Below, in pieces: positions 10,783 through 20,597 of a stretch of DNA of 64,000 nt. The position numbers and the translations under genes are program-made. Source of the DNA: an uncultured virus (IMG/VR IMGVR_UViG_3300023174_008763) (taxonomy: Duplodnaviria > Heunggongvirae > Uroviricota > Caudoviricetes); the IMG/VR virus record IMGVR_UViG_3300023174_008763; one strand, written 5' to 3'. Below the pieces are notes generated by a model. That model was not told the DNA's origin, did no database searches, and was given only the letters and a program-made list of their open reading frames with translations. Numbering within the stretch: the stretch's first letter is position 1; every line of letters starts with the position of its first letter.

Positions 10783-10788
10783 ATTCAC

Positions 10789-10855
10789 GAATAAAATGTC
10801 GGGTATTACTCGGCATTTTATTCTCAAAAAAGACCACCATTTGGTGGTCTTTTTT
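10789..10855. terminator. Tandem hairpins / bidirectional intrinsic terminator
   Basis: gaataaaatgtcggg-tatta-ctcggcattttattc followed by aaaaaagaccacca-tt-tggtggtctttttt, between convergent genes. Confidence 0.85.
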
Positions 10856-11729
10856 ATTTTACCTCAAACACAATTGTGTCTATGGGCGGCAAAACAAATT
10901 CACCCAATTCTTCTGTGTTGGAAGCATTCATCATGCAATTATCCGCAATAGATTTGCCACTGATTTTTAAGCCAGATTGTAAGCAGATTCTTTGAGCAAG
11001 ATAAACCGGAGAAGCCAGATAGCTTTCTTGCCTAAAAAATTCATTTAATTTTTGTGAAAGATTTTCTGTTTTATTTTCATCAACATAATCTTCAACATCT
11101 TCGCCTTGATCGGGTAAATTATTTTCATCTTTAAATACAACCCATGCGCTTGGTAAAAGTAGTGCCCTTGTATAGTCATTTTTTGTATCTTTTGCCAGGC
11201 AATAAATACTGTTAGCTAAAATAGCAGACATAGGCTCTTCAGAAATATATTTTTTAATTTCATCTATCAATACAGAAATTTCATTTCTATAAGCTGACAA
11301 AAGATCATTTAAAAATAATTCACAAAATTGTGTTTGATTATTATCAGCTGCACTTGACAATTGATAAAATCCTTCCATATCTTCGTTTAATGTATCGAGC
11401 CAACACTCACATTCTTCATAATTAAAAACAATTAAATCTTGCTTATAAATTTGGGGGCAATTTACTATACATTGTTCATCGTTTATTTCAATCGTAAAAA
11501 ATCCATAAATAGGATGATCCATGTGTAAATAAATCTTGCACATAATATCCCCGTGTGAGTCGTGATATGTTGTTGGCAAAATCTGGAAAGGTAATGTTTT
11601 CCCGCCATCTATTAATCCATATTCTGATATTTTTCTCGCTAAATATTGAGTTTGCATCACAATATTAATTTTCTTATGTACCCAAGTTTCAATAATTTTT
11701 TGCAACTCTAAAGTTTCTTTTGATTCCAT
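10854..11729 (-). CDS. Hypothetical acidic protein
   Basis: Long ORF; start MESK 6 nt after TACAAT in a divergent TGTACA promoter. Confidence 0.65.
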   Translation of the reverse strand: MESKETLELQKIIETWVHKKINIVMQTQYLARKISEYGLIDGGKTLPFQILPTTYHDSHGDIMCKIYLHMDHPIYGFFTIEINDEQCIVNCPQIYKQDLIVFNYEECECWLDTLNEDMEGFYQLSSAADNNQTQFCELFLNDLLSAYRNEISVLIDEIKKYISEEPMSAILANSIYCLAKDTKNDYTRALLLPSAWVVFKDENNLPDQGEDVEDYVDENKTENLSQKLNEFFRQESYLASPVYLAQRICLQSGLKISGKSIADNCMMNASNTEELGEFVLPPIDTIVFEVK

Positions 11730-11751
11730 ACATATATTGTACAAATCACTT

Positions 11752-12603
11752 ATGGATGGCATTAAGAATATAAAATTTGAATCAAATGCTTGCCATTATT
11801 CTGATCCAATTTTTAAAATATTTAGAATTCACCCTCATGGTGCAAGAATAGAAAAGGCAGAAAAAACTTTAAAAGGCCAAGCAAATAAAGATGCTCTAAC
11901 ATGGTGTGGACCATATTCTTCTGCTAATTCATACGGCTGGTGGCTTTATCCAGGATTTGATGTAGATATCATCTGCCACAGAGAACCATTAGAAGGCGGA
12001 TTTACCGGAAGATGGGGAGGAAATTTCTCCTATCACATTGTTGGTTATGATAATTCAGATTTTGAATATATGGAAAATTTTCAAAACAACATTGAAAATA
12101 AATTTCCATTTAAGTACGCAGGATTAACACATTATGCAATTGATGAACCTGAAATTAATTGCATATCTTTGTGGACGGGCTGTGTATTTCAGATGCCAAA
12201 AGATTGGTCTATCATGATTAAATCGCCCACAAATTGCGGATTAATATATGAAAAATCCTCTCCTGCCTGTATACAAGAGGGAATTTTAGAGTTCGATTGG
12301 CTTAGATATGATATATGGACAAATTTTAAGTTCCATGAATATGAGAAACCTTTAAGATTGAGAAAAAATCAAGATTGGCCTATTGCTCAATTGATACCAA
12401 TTCATAGGTCTTCATATGAAACACAATGGGTAACAGAAGAAATTTTTATGGATTCAGAAAATTCAGATTGTGTAAATATGTTTGAGAGATATTCTGAATA
12501 TAATTACAAGAAATGGTCCCTTCAGGGCGAAAAAGATCCATTTACTTATCGTAAATTAAGAAAAAGTGAACAAAATCAATGTCCGGTTAAGGATATATTT
12601 TAG
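11752..12603 (+). CDS. DUF6065-like protein
   Basis: CGPYSSANSYGW, GILEFDW, TNFKF, PIAQLIP motifs. Confidence 0.6.
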   Translation: MDGIKNIKFESNACHYSDPIFKIFRIHPHGARIEKAEKTLKGQANKDALTWCGPYSSANSYGWWLYPGFDVDIICHREPLEGGFTGRWGGNFSYHIVGYDNSDFEYMENFQNNIENKFPFKYAGLTHYAIDEPEINCISLWTGCVFQMPKDWSIMIKSPTNCGLIYEKSSPACIQEGILEFDWLRYDIWTNFKFHEYEKPLRLRKNQDWPIAQLIPIHRSSYETQWVTEEIFMDSENSDCVNMFERYSEYNYKKWSLQGEKDPFTYRKLRKSEQNQCPVKDIF

Positions 12604-13271
12604 ATTTGATTGGCAAAATTATTTAATTTGGAAGAATAATCATATAGCGCTATTCCACAAGCATTCGCGGCATTAATTGACCTCACACTACCTCTTTGCC
12701 TGATATAAACAATTGCATTTGATCTGTTTAATATTTCATTAGGTACGCCTATGCTCTCCTGACCAATTACAATAAGTGTTTTTTTGTTGAAATCCCAAAC
12801 ATATTCATCTATAGGAACAGAATTAGAACAATTATCCAAACTTACAATTATATCAAAATCTTCAAAAAGCTCACTCAAAACATCTATATTTTTAACATGC
12901 TTAAATGGAGTATATCTTTCCACTCCCACACTTCCTCTTCTGTCATATTTTTTGTCGCCAAAAATGTATAGATCCTGACAACCAAACGCATTGCAATTTC
13001 TTTGACAGCTTGCTATATTAAAATCATTAACAATATTAACACAAAGAACAGAAAGATTAGCTATTCGGTTTTCTTCTAAATCACCTTTTATTAACTCGTC
13101 ACTAAGATTTTTGTAATGATCAATAACATTTCTTTTATCTACACAATCAAACCCAAGACTGGCACATCTTTTCCTGAATTGTTCAAGTTTTTCGCCAGGC
13201 TCCATTTTAAGCACATCCGCACTTCTTCGGGTTCGGGCATCATCAAAATATTTATATCCTACATAATTCAT
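12600..13271 (-). CDS. TrmH/SpoU family RNA 2'-O-methyltransferase
   Basis: FNIAS..RN, IVIGQESIGV, GSVRSINAANACGIALY SPOUT motifs. Confidence 0.88.
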   Translation of the reverse strand: MNYVGYKYFDDARTRRSADVLKMEPGEKLEQFRKRCASLGFDCVDKRNVIDHYKNLSDELIKGDLEENRIANLSVLCVNIVNDFNIASCQRNCNAFGCQDLYIFGDKKYDRRGSVGVERYTPFKHVKNIDVLSELFEDFDIIVSLDNCSNSVPIDEYVWDFNKKTLIVIGQESIGVPNEILNRSNAIVYIRQRGSVRSINAANACGIALYDYSSKLNNFANQI

Positions 13272-13315
13272 ATCTTATTATACTCAGATTGTGTGAAGGT
13301 GGGAAAATATCGGGC
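13272..13315 (-). promoter_or_regulatory. Dispersed promoter cassette, copy 1
   Basis: gcccgatattttcccaccttcacacaatctgagTATAAT, 5 nt, then the ATG of the SpoU gene; matches copies near 55467, 60736 and 61354. Confidence 0.85.
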
Positions 13316-13329
13316 AAATTTGGCTTGCA

Positions 13330-13638
13330 TTATTCAATCTCATACTCAACATTAATTTTTTCCAATACCTTCCCAATTTTTTCACAATGGTCTCTGCTTC
13401 CTCTGTAAATCGCTGCTTTTCCTTTTGCATGAATTTCTAGAGTTTTGTCATAAGCTTCTCTTTGAGGCAAAGGCACCACTGTACACAAAACATAAAACAC
13501 TAAACTAAACGGCGTGAAATCATTGTTAAATGCAATGATAGTATATCCACCATCAATAGAATTGATTTGGTCAATGATGTTTTGATGAATAGTGGGTTCA
13601 ATAGTTTTAATCGACATTTTTGTCATATAATGTACCAT
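13330..13638 (-). CDS. clpS: ATP-dependent Clp protease adaptor ClpS
   Basis: IIAFNNDFTPFSLVFYVL...A....LEIHAKGKAAI; true start may be 13617. Confidence 0.85.
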   Translation of the reverse strand: MVHYMTKMSIKTIEPTIHQNIIDQINSIDGGYTIIAFNNDFTPFSLVFYVLCTVVPLPQREAYDKTLEIHAKGKAAIYRGSRDHCEKIGKVLEKINVEYEIE

Positions 13639-14041
13639 CTTGGCATTCTTGTGTTATTTTGTCTTTAAGCGGCTGACAAACTATAAGCAAACTTTTTTTG
13701 ATTTCATAATCAGCTCCATCATAGGTCAAATAATCTAAATTAGTATCTTTAGGGAGAATCCCGGTTTTTATTTTGCTTACTTTATCTTCAAAATCAATAA
13801 AACCATGATACCAATCTTGTATTTCTTTTTCTGCAAATGGAAGCCATTGAGCATACCAATCAAGAGATATTTCATCCCATTTATTAGTTTCATAATCATC
13901 CAACAAAATCATCTTTAATTTTCTCAAATTATTTTGTATATCAAATCCGTAGACATATTTTTGAAATTCTAATTTTTGATCTGATAAATTTTTCCATTCT
14001 TTAATGATAGTGTTATATATTTTTAAAGTGATTGCGTCCAT
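13607..14041 (-). CDS. Hypothetical protein
   Basis: 144-aa ORF with CGTATA box upstream. Confidence 0.6.
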   Translation of the reverse strand: MDAITLKIYNTIIKEWKNLSDQKLEFQKYVYGFDIQNNLRKLKMILLDDYETNKWDEISLDWYAQWLPFAEKEIQDWYHGFIDFEDKVSKIKTGILPKDTNLDYLTYDGADYEIKKSLLIVCQPLKDKITQECQDGTLYDKNVD

Positions 14042-14094
14042 GTATATTATTTATATACGCAAGGACGCAAACCATTTTTGCTGAATATTTAAAT

Positions 14095-16260
14095 ATGGCA
14101 TTCAACTTTAAAAAACAAAGCGGTTTTCCTGCGTCCAATCCTATTAATGAATCTTTACCTAGCCAGGGATTGGTTTCTGATATTTACCAAAAAATTAAAC
14201 AAAAGTTGGAGCAGCCTTCACAAAATCAATCGAATTATAATCAAGATATAAAAGATTGGGTTGAAGAAAAAGTGAAATCCACTCTTCATCATGCCCAAGA
14301 AGTGATGAGAAAATCTGTTGTTGTTGACAAACAAAAAAATATTCAACAAAAATACCAAGGTGGTAACACAAGTTATAAAAATTTATCGAATCCATATAAG
14401 CCTACCAAAAGACAAGATATTGATCCAATATACCTTGATTTAAGATCTAATCAACAAGTATTAAACACAGATTACAAGAGTCAATACGAAAGTTTTAGAG
14501 AAAATTTAAATCTAAATGTTTCCAAAGATCTAAAAGATGAAATAGAACATTTTGAAAAACAAAATGATAAATGCTATTATTGCGGCAGGGAGTTATACTC
14601 TGGCAAATTCACGCAAGATAATATACATCTTGAACATTTGATAGATAAATCTAGGTGGATAAATGAAATTGTTGAAGGCCAAAAATTGCTTATAAAATAT
14701 TTTAAAAGCGGGATTAAGGACGAGAATATAAATAAAGATGCTGGATTCATTGCAAGTATTATTGAATCCAACGCTGTTAATTCTTTACAAAACTGGATGT
14801 ATGCCGATGTAGAGTGCAATATGTGCAAAATGGATTTGCCACATTTTTCTTTCATAGAATTTATGAACCAAATTGGTAACATTCAAACATCACAGATTAC
14901 AAAAAGAAATAAAGAAATATATGAAAAATTTGAAAAAGAAAATAAAAATTTTACAGAAATTTCAGCAAAAGACATTTCACTTCAATCTCAAGCTAAAAGT
15001 TTTGAATTAACTTTAGAATATTTATCTAATTTAATTCTGGAATCAAATAAAAACTTACCAGATTATATTAAAGCCCAGCTACATAGCGAATCTGGTTTAA
15101 GACCCAAGCATGCAAAACAAAAAATAGATGGTCTTTTAATTTTAATAGAACAAACACCTGAATTAAAAGATATAATTAAAAAACAAAATTATAAACTTAT
15201 ATTGAATAATTTTCAAAATTTGGCAGAGCCAGGGCCAAAAAATTATAGCAGAAAAAAAATTATTTTTGCAACACAAGACAAATGTTCATGCGCTATATGC
15301 GGTAAAAATATCAAAGAAAGTTCTCCTTTGAATGTTGATAGCTCTCTTGTATTTTTTGATGTGACAGAAGACCCAACAGATTTTCAATGGCAATTAGTTC
15401 ATTCAGATTGTGCAGGAAGATGTCAGCAATTCTCAATAAAAACATTGAGATTTTTAGCTCAAAGAATTAAAGCTTACGGACCAGAAAGAGAAAAAATTAC
15501 CAAATCTTTAGGCACAGATATAGAAAAAATCTATAAAGAATTTTCCACTCATCTTAATTCATTAAAATCATTTTTAAAACAAGACTCAGTAGACTCAGTA
15601 GAAGAAATAAATTCACCAAAAACTAAAAGTAACACGAAAAAAGTGATAAATGAACCTGAAAAACAGAATCTAGGGCAGGGCACCATTGATTATTTGATTT
15701 CATATAAAAATCAAAATAATCTTTCAATGCAAAAACTAAAAGATTATATAGAAAGGAATTATCCTCAATTTAATATCAACAATGCTATGAATACCATTAA
15801 AAATAAATTATCGTTGGAACAGCCTTCTTTAGCCCTTTCTTCAATAAAAACACAATCTTTATTGAAAATCGCTGATCATTTAGATAAAAAGAAAAAATAT
15901 CAAGATTCAGATTCCATTGTAAATTATATGTTAACTTTAGCTCAATCTAAGCTTGGTGATTCTGAAGAGCCAGAAGATATTGATAAGTATTTATCTGATT
16001 TAAGATCTTCTTTTATTGATTTTCTGTCTGACATTGTAACACAAGATTTTATAAAAGAGCACGGTAGAAGTAATTTATCACCAGAATCTTTAGTGAATTA
16101 TTATTTCAATAATCGCGAAAAATATGAAGATGAGTTAGATAATTATGATCTAATGCTTGGTCAAACCGAAGGCATAATGTCAGATGATGAATTTATAAAT
16201 GATTTGAAACATGAACATATAATAGATGAAGATGGAGCTATGAAGAGAGAAGGCATTTAA
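14095..16260 (+). CDS. Large protein with HNH endonuclease-like/zinc domains and a C-terminal 'KIADHLD' motif
   Basis: CYYCG..HLEHLI..N..CNMCK (HNH); second CAICG..LVHSDC; start MAFNFKKQS after AGG-N18-GAATATT. Confidence 0.7.
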   Translation: MAFNFKKQSGFPASNPINESLPSQGLVSDIYQKIKQKLEQPSQNQSNYNQDIKDWVEEKVKSTLHHAQEVMRKSVVVDKQKNIQQKYQGGNTSYKNLSNPYKPTKRQDIDPIYLDLRSNQQVLNTDYKSQYESFRENLNLNVSKDLKDEIEHFEKQNDKCYYCGRELYSGKFTQDNIHLEHLIDKSRWINEIVEGQKLLIKYFKSGIKDENINKDAGFIASIIESNAVNSLQNWMYADVECNMCKMDLPHFSFIEFMNQIGNIQTSQITKRNKEIYEKFEKENKNFTEISAKDISLQSQAKSFELTLEYLSNLILESNKNLPDYIKAQLHSESGLRPKHAKQKIDGLLILIEQTPELKDIIKKQNYKLILNNFQNLAEPGPKNYSRKKIIFATQDKCSCAICGKNIKESSPLNVDSSLVFFDVTEDPTDFQWQLVHSDCAGRCQQFSIKTLRFLAQRIKAYGPEREKITKSLGTDIEKIYKEFSTHLNSLKSFLKQDSVDSVEEINSPKTKSNTKKVINEPEKQNLGQGTIDYLISYKNQNNLSMQKLKDYIERNYPQFNINNAMNTIKNKLSLEQPSLALSSIKTQSLLKIADHLDKKKKYQDSDSIVNYMLTLAQSKLGDSEEPEDIDKYLSDLRSSFIDFLSDIVTQDFIKEHGRSNLSPESLVNYYFNNREKYEDELDNYDLMLGQTEGIMSDDEFINDLKHEHIIDEDGAMKREGI

Positions 16261-16279
16261 AAAATCGTATAATTAAAAT

Positions 16280-16705
16280 ATGAAGTTAATAAGTCATCGC
16301 GGAAATTTACATGGGCCAAATTCTTGCAAGGAAAATCACCCTGATTCAATATTGGCGGCTTTAGAAGCTGGTTTCGATTGTGAAGTGGATGTTTACAAAA
16401 TTCAAGATAAATTTTATCTTGGTCATGATTGGCCAGAATTACCAGTGGAAAAGGAATTCCTTAATAATCCGAAACTTTGGATTCATTGTAAATCTTTAGA
16501 AACATTAACCGCATTACTTGATTTAAATACCCATGTTTTTTATCATCAAAATGACCCATATACACTCACATCAAAAAATATTATTTGGACTTACCCTGGC
16601 TGGCAAACAAATGATAAATGTGTAATTGTCGATCAAGAAGGCAAGTTTGATTATGATTGTTACGGAGTATGCTCAGATTGGGTTGGATTGTATGCATTTG
16701 GATGA
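16280..16705 (+). CDS. Glycerophosphodiester phosphodiesterase-like (PLC-like) small protein
   Basis: ISHRGN, ENHP, GFDCEVDV, LGHD, WIHCK, GVCSD motifs. Confidence 0.75.
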   Translation: MKLISHRGNLHGPNSCKENHPDSILAALEAGFDCEVDVYKIQDKFYLGHDWPELPVEKEFLNNPKLWIHCKSLETLTALLDLNTHVFYHQNDPYTLTSKNIIWTYPGWQTNDKCVIVDQEGKFDYDCYGVCSDWVGLYAFG

Positions 16706-16819
16706 TAAGAAATAACTGAGATCTTCTGGGGTTCCTAGGCCCCACATTTCATTTACCTTGAAAAAGCCAATTCTCTTATTATCTTCTATCGCTTCATCGA
16801 AAACAGGGCAAACATAAAT
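16673..16819 (-). pseudogene. C-terminal remnant of a sugar nucleotidyltransferase-like gene
   Basis: Minus frame reads IYVCPVFDEAIEDNKRIGFFKVNEMWGLGTPEDLSYF, directly preceded by a stop and with no start. Confidence 0.7.
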
Positions 16820-16824
16820 CTAGT

Positions 16825-17517
16825 TCACTCGGAATCAATTATTTTTTTTAATTCTGGATGTTTTTCTTTCCATTCATTAAGGGTTTGACCAACTTCAGAC
16901 CAAAATTTAGTCAAACTACCGTCAATTTCTTCCATTCTTTTTCTTACTCCGCTTCTTTCATGACTAATAGTTATCTCATCAACAATGATATTTTTAAGGC
17001 CAAGTTTAAGCGAAATTTTTGACATAGGGACATCAGTCCATCCATAATAATGTGTAGGAACAAATTTTTGCATTTCTTTTAAAATTTTTGTGTTAAAAAA
17101 TGGAGCTACGGTTTCTATAAATGGAACTACCCTAGAATTTGTTGATGGATTTTTAAACATATGAGGGTATGGACAGCCAGCATCATCGAGTGCAGAGTGA
17201 ATAATTCCATATTCTGGAGATAAATATTTTGTAATTTTTTCTATGTAATCATCTGGAATATTAAAAATATCGTTATTAAAAATTCCAATAAAATAATCGT
17301 TTAAATCGCCATAATTATCAATAACATAATCATAAAACCCGCCCATTCCGATGTTTTCTGGACCAAAATCTATAGTATCATCGTTAAGAAATTTTCTTTC
17401 ATTTAAGTATGAGTTTTCTAATACACGTACATTGTCAGTTTGTTTTTTTAATGTAGTATATACATAATCGGTAAGTTCTTTAGTATTATGAGACATTATA
17501 AAAATTAAATAATTCAT
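16825..17517 (-). CDS. Putative GT-A glycosyltransferase
   Basis: IFNNDI, PFIETVAPFF, YGWTD, ISH motifs; lies in the sugar island. Confidence 0.55.
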   Translation of the reverse strand: MNYLIFIMSHNTKELTDYVYTTLKKQTDNVRVLENSYLNERKFLNDDTIDFGPENIGMGGFYDYVIDNYGDLNDYFIGIFNNDIFNIPDDYIEKITKYLSPEYGIIHSALDDAGCPYPHMFKNPSTNSRVVPFIETVAPFFNTKILKEMQKFVPTHYYGWTDVPMSKISLKLGLKNIIVDEITISHERSGVRKRMEEIDGSLTKFWSEVGQTLNEWKEKHPELKKIIDSE

Positions 17518-17520
17518 ATA

Positions 17521-18489
17521 TTAATTGTACATATTTAAAAAGTGCTCAATCATTTCATCAATTAAATTTTCAAATGAATAATTTGGTTTCCAATTTAGTT
17601 CTTGCCTAATTGGATTTGAGTCGCCTTTTAGCGTGTTTAATTCTTCTGGTCTAAAAAACAAAGGATCAACAATAATATGTTTTTCAAAATCTAAATTCAG
17701 TTTATTAAAGGTATATTTAACTAGATCCCCAACTGTATGTGATTTTCCAGTTGACACTATATAATCTTTGGGAGTATCATTTTTTAGCATAAGATGCATA
17801 GCTTGAACATAATCTTTTGAATGACCCCAATCTCTAGCGGCGTTTAAATTTCCTAATGCAAGCGTTTTAGATTTTCCTTTTAAAATTTTAACTGCACCAT
17901 CGACAACCTTTGCAGTAACAAAATTTGTACCTCTTCTAGGGCTTTCGTGATTAAATAAAACTCCAGAAACAATAAACATATTATAAGAATTTCTATAATT
18001 ATTAGCAAGATTATGAGCTGCTAATTTAGAACATCCATATGGGCTAACTGGTTTCATTTTTGTTGTTATTTTTTGATATCCATCATTTTCAATTTCATTT
18101 CCAAACATTTCAGAAGATGAAGCTTGATATATTTTAGAATCTAATCCTAAAATTTTTACAGATTCTAAAATATTCAAAAAACCTTGTGTATTTGCTTGAT
18201 GTGTAAAATTAGGCATATCAAAAGAAATTTTTACATGTGATTGGGCACCCAAATTATAGATTTCATCAGGATTTACGTCTTTAATAATATTAAAAATAGA
18301 ACCTTGATCAGTTAAATCTCCATATTTTAGATAAATTTTATCCATAATATGGTTAAGTCTATAACTTTGATTTTCTGCCACAGAATGCCTTCTTACTATT
18401 CCATGTACCTCATAATTTTGATTAATTAATAATTCTGCTAAATAAGAACCGTCTTGACCTGAAATTCCTGTGATAAGTGCTTTTTTCAT
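17521..18489 (-). CDS. gmd: GDP-mannose 4,6-dehydratase
   Basis: ALITGISGQDGSYLAELL, YNLGAQSHV, YQASSSEMFG, SPYGCSK, LFNHESPRRG. Confidence 0.96.
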   Translation of the reverse strand: MKKALITGISGQDGSYLAELLINQNYEVHGIVRRHSVAENQSYRLNHIMDKIYLKYGDLTDQGSIFNIIKDVNPDEIYNLGAQSHVKISFDMPNFTHQANTQGFLNILESVKILGLDSKIYQASSSEMFGNEIENDGYQKITTKMKPVSPYGCSKLAAHNLANNYRNSYNMFIVSGVLFNHESPRRGTNFVTAKVVDGAVKILKGKSKTLALGNLNAARDWGHSKDYVQAMHLMLKNDTPKDYIVSTGKSHTVGDLVKYTFNKLNLDFEKHIIVDPLFFRPEELNTLKGDSNPIRQELNWKPNYSFENLIDEMIEHFLNMYN

Positions 18490-18491
18490 GT

Positions 18492-19394
18492 TTATTTCCT
18501 TGCTGTATTATAATTTTTAATAAACCATTCTATTGTTTCATTAAGAGCTTCATCAATATTTGTGAATTTAAAATCTGGCAAAATTGATTTAAGTCTAGAG
18601 TTATCAGTTTGTTTTCTGTGCTTACCTTCTGGTTTTGTCTTATCAAAAATAATATTATTTTTGAATTTTAATATTTTTATGATTTTTTCAACACATTCTA
18701 ATACTGAAATTTCTTCTGAATTTGAAATAATTATAGAATCATAATTAAATTGTGTGTTTAATAAAACTTTTGTTATTTTAGCTAAATCTTTGGAATAAAT
18801 AAATTCTTTTAAAGAACCACCAGTTCCCCACACTTCTAAATTAGTATTATTATTTTTTGCTAAATAGCATTTGTGTATTAAAGCTGGCAATACATGTCCT
18901 TTATTGACATTAAAATTGTCATTCGGACCAAAAATATTTGTAGGCACTATCGTAAAATAATTATATCCATTTTTTCTAGCTTCTCCACATAAATGTTGTG
19001 TCATTCTTTTTGCATAAGCATATGAATCATTGCCTTCAAAAGGAGGCCCGTCATGCATGTATGATTCTTTTAAAGGCAAAGGAGCTTCGTCAGGGAATAC
19101 ACATGTTGATGAAAAATTAACAAAATTTTTAATATTATTTTTGTATGCAGCTTCAAAAACAATATTATTTAATTTACTATTTTTAAGATAATAATCAATT
19201 TTATTAAATTGATTATCTAATATTCCGCCTACTTTCGCGGCAGCATGAATAATTGTATCTATTTGATTATTTTTCAGAAAATTATAATAATCATTATAAT
19301 CATCTATTATGCCACAATAATCAATTGTGTTTAGTATATATTTTATTTGTGTACCTACTAAACCTTTGTGGCCTGTTAAATTTATATTTTGCAT
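18492..19394 (-). CDS. fcl: GDP-L-fucose synthase / ColC-like epimerase-reductase
   Basis: TGHKGLVG, AAAKVGGI, SSTCVFP, YAYAKR, PTNIFGPNDNF, HVLPALI. Confidence 0.9.
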   Translation of the reverse strand: MQNINLTGHKGLVGTQIKYILNTIDYCGIIDDYNDYYNFLKNNQIDTIIHAAAKVGGILDNQFNKIDYYLKNSKLNNIVFEAAYKNNIKNFVNFSSTCVFPDEAPLPLKESYMHDGPPFEGNDSYAYAKRMTQHLCGEARKNGYNYFTIVPTNIFGPNDNFNVNKGHVLPALIHKCYLAKNNNTNLEVWGTGGSLKEFIYSKDLAKITKVLLNTQFNYDSIIISNSEEISVLECVEKIIKILKFKNNIIFDKTKPEGKHRKQTDNSRLKSILPDFKFTNIDEALNETIEWFIKNYNTARK

Positions 19395-19411
19395 TTTTTA
19401 TTTTATACAAG

Positions 19412-20143
19412 TTAAAATGGTTTAATTTCAATATCAATATTTTTAAAATATACTGAATTTTGATTTTGTCTTATTTCAAGTCTATTATTCTGACATCCTT
19501 TATATTGCCCATAAAAACCAGTAAACGGACAATTTCCATAGATAGGATATAATTTTCTATATAAATCTGAATCTAAATTTGCAGTAAGAGGATAAGCAAA
19601 TTCTATATTTTTTTCTTTAAAAGCTTGTAATTTAAAAGATACTTGTGAGGCATCTAATTTGCTATCAGGATTCATTTTTTCAAAAAATTGAGGTGAATAA
19701 TGCGAAATTTTTATATTATTAAAATTATTTTGAATATATGGATCATATCCAAAATAATGCGAATAGCACCAAAATTCTTGAGAATTATTTATAAAATAAT
19801 TATTCAGATTATTTAAATAATCTGGGATTAATGCATCGTCATCACACAACATTAATCCAATATTCGCATCAGAACTTAAACAAGCAAAAGTCCAATAAAG
19901 CCCAAATAAACTTCCTCCATTTTTTTGTTTTTCTTCCAAAGTAGAATATGTATTTATGTATTTTAATTTATGAATTTCATCACCTAATATTTCAACACAT
20001 GAGTCCCACGCGGAGATATCTGAACCATCATCTACTAAAACTACCTCCCAATTTTTATAAGATTGATCTTTAAGGGATTTTAATGCAAATCTAATTAGGT
20101 TTGGCCTATTATAATAGCACATCAATATTAAAAATTTATTCAT
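19412..20143 (-). CDS. Glycosyltransferase family 2
   Basis: YNRP...ALKSL..QSYKNWEVVLVDDGSD, LCDDD. Confidence 0.85.
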   Translation of the reverse strand: MNKFLILMCYYNRPNLIRFALKSLKDQSYKNWEVVLVDDGSDISAWDSCVEILGDEIHKLKYINTYSTLEEKQKNGGSLFGLYWTFACLSSDANIGLMLCDDDALIPDYLNNLNNYFINNSQEFWCYSHYFGYDPYIQNNFNNIKISHYSPQFFEKMNPDSKLDASQVSFKLQAFKEKNIEFAYPLTANLDSDLYRKLYPIYGNCPFTGFYGQYKGCQNNRLEIRQNQNSVYFKNIDIEIKPF

Positions 20144-20597
20144 TTGTTTTTTCCATTACGATTGAACTTCTGCTAGATATTCCATCTGCATATAGATATC
20201 TATGTACTTCTGAAAAACCTAATTTTTCATAAAGATCAATTGCTAATTTATTGTCTTCAAAAACTTCTAAGCTTAAAATTTTTACATAATTATACATTTC
20301 AAAAATATTTTGGTATGCTGATTTTGCATATCCTTTTCTTCTATGATTGGGGTGTATATCCACTCCTATCTGCAAGTTGTTCATTTTGTCAATCCATTTT
20401 GTTCGGACATAACCTACGGGTTCTTTGTCTTCATTCAAAATTATATACCAAACGGGATTTGTATTTTTAAACCATATTTGAAAATCTTTTAATTTAAAAT
20501 CTCTTGAATCATGCAAGTAGCATAACGTGGATGGATCATTTCTTACAGAAAGAATAAATTCACCATCAGTAATTTCGGCTTTATTTAGATATATCAT
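20136..20597 (-). CDS. GNAT N-acetyltransferase (PseH-like)
   Basis: IHPNHRRKGYA, LEVFEDNKLAIDLYEKLGF. Confidence 0.85.
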   Translation of the reverse strand: MIYLNKAEITDGEFILSVRNDPSTLCYLHDSRDFKLKDFQIWFKNTNPVWYIILNEDKEPVGYVRTKWIDKMNNLQIGVDIHPNHRRKGYAKSAYQNIFEMYNYVKILSLEVFEDNKLAIDLYEKLGFSEVHRYLYADGISSRSSIVMEKTNE

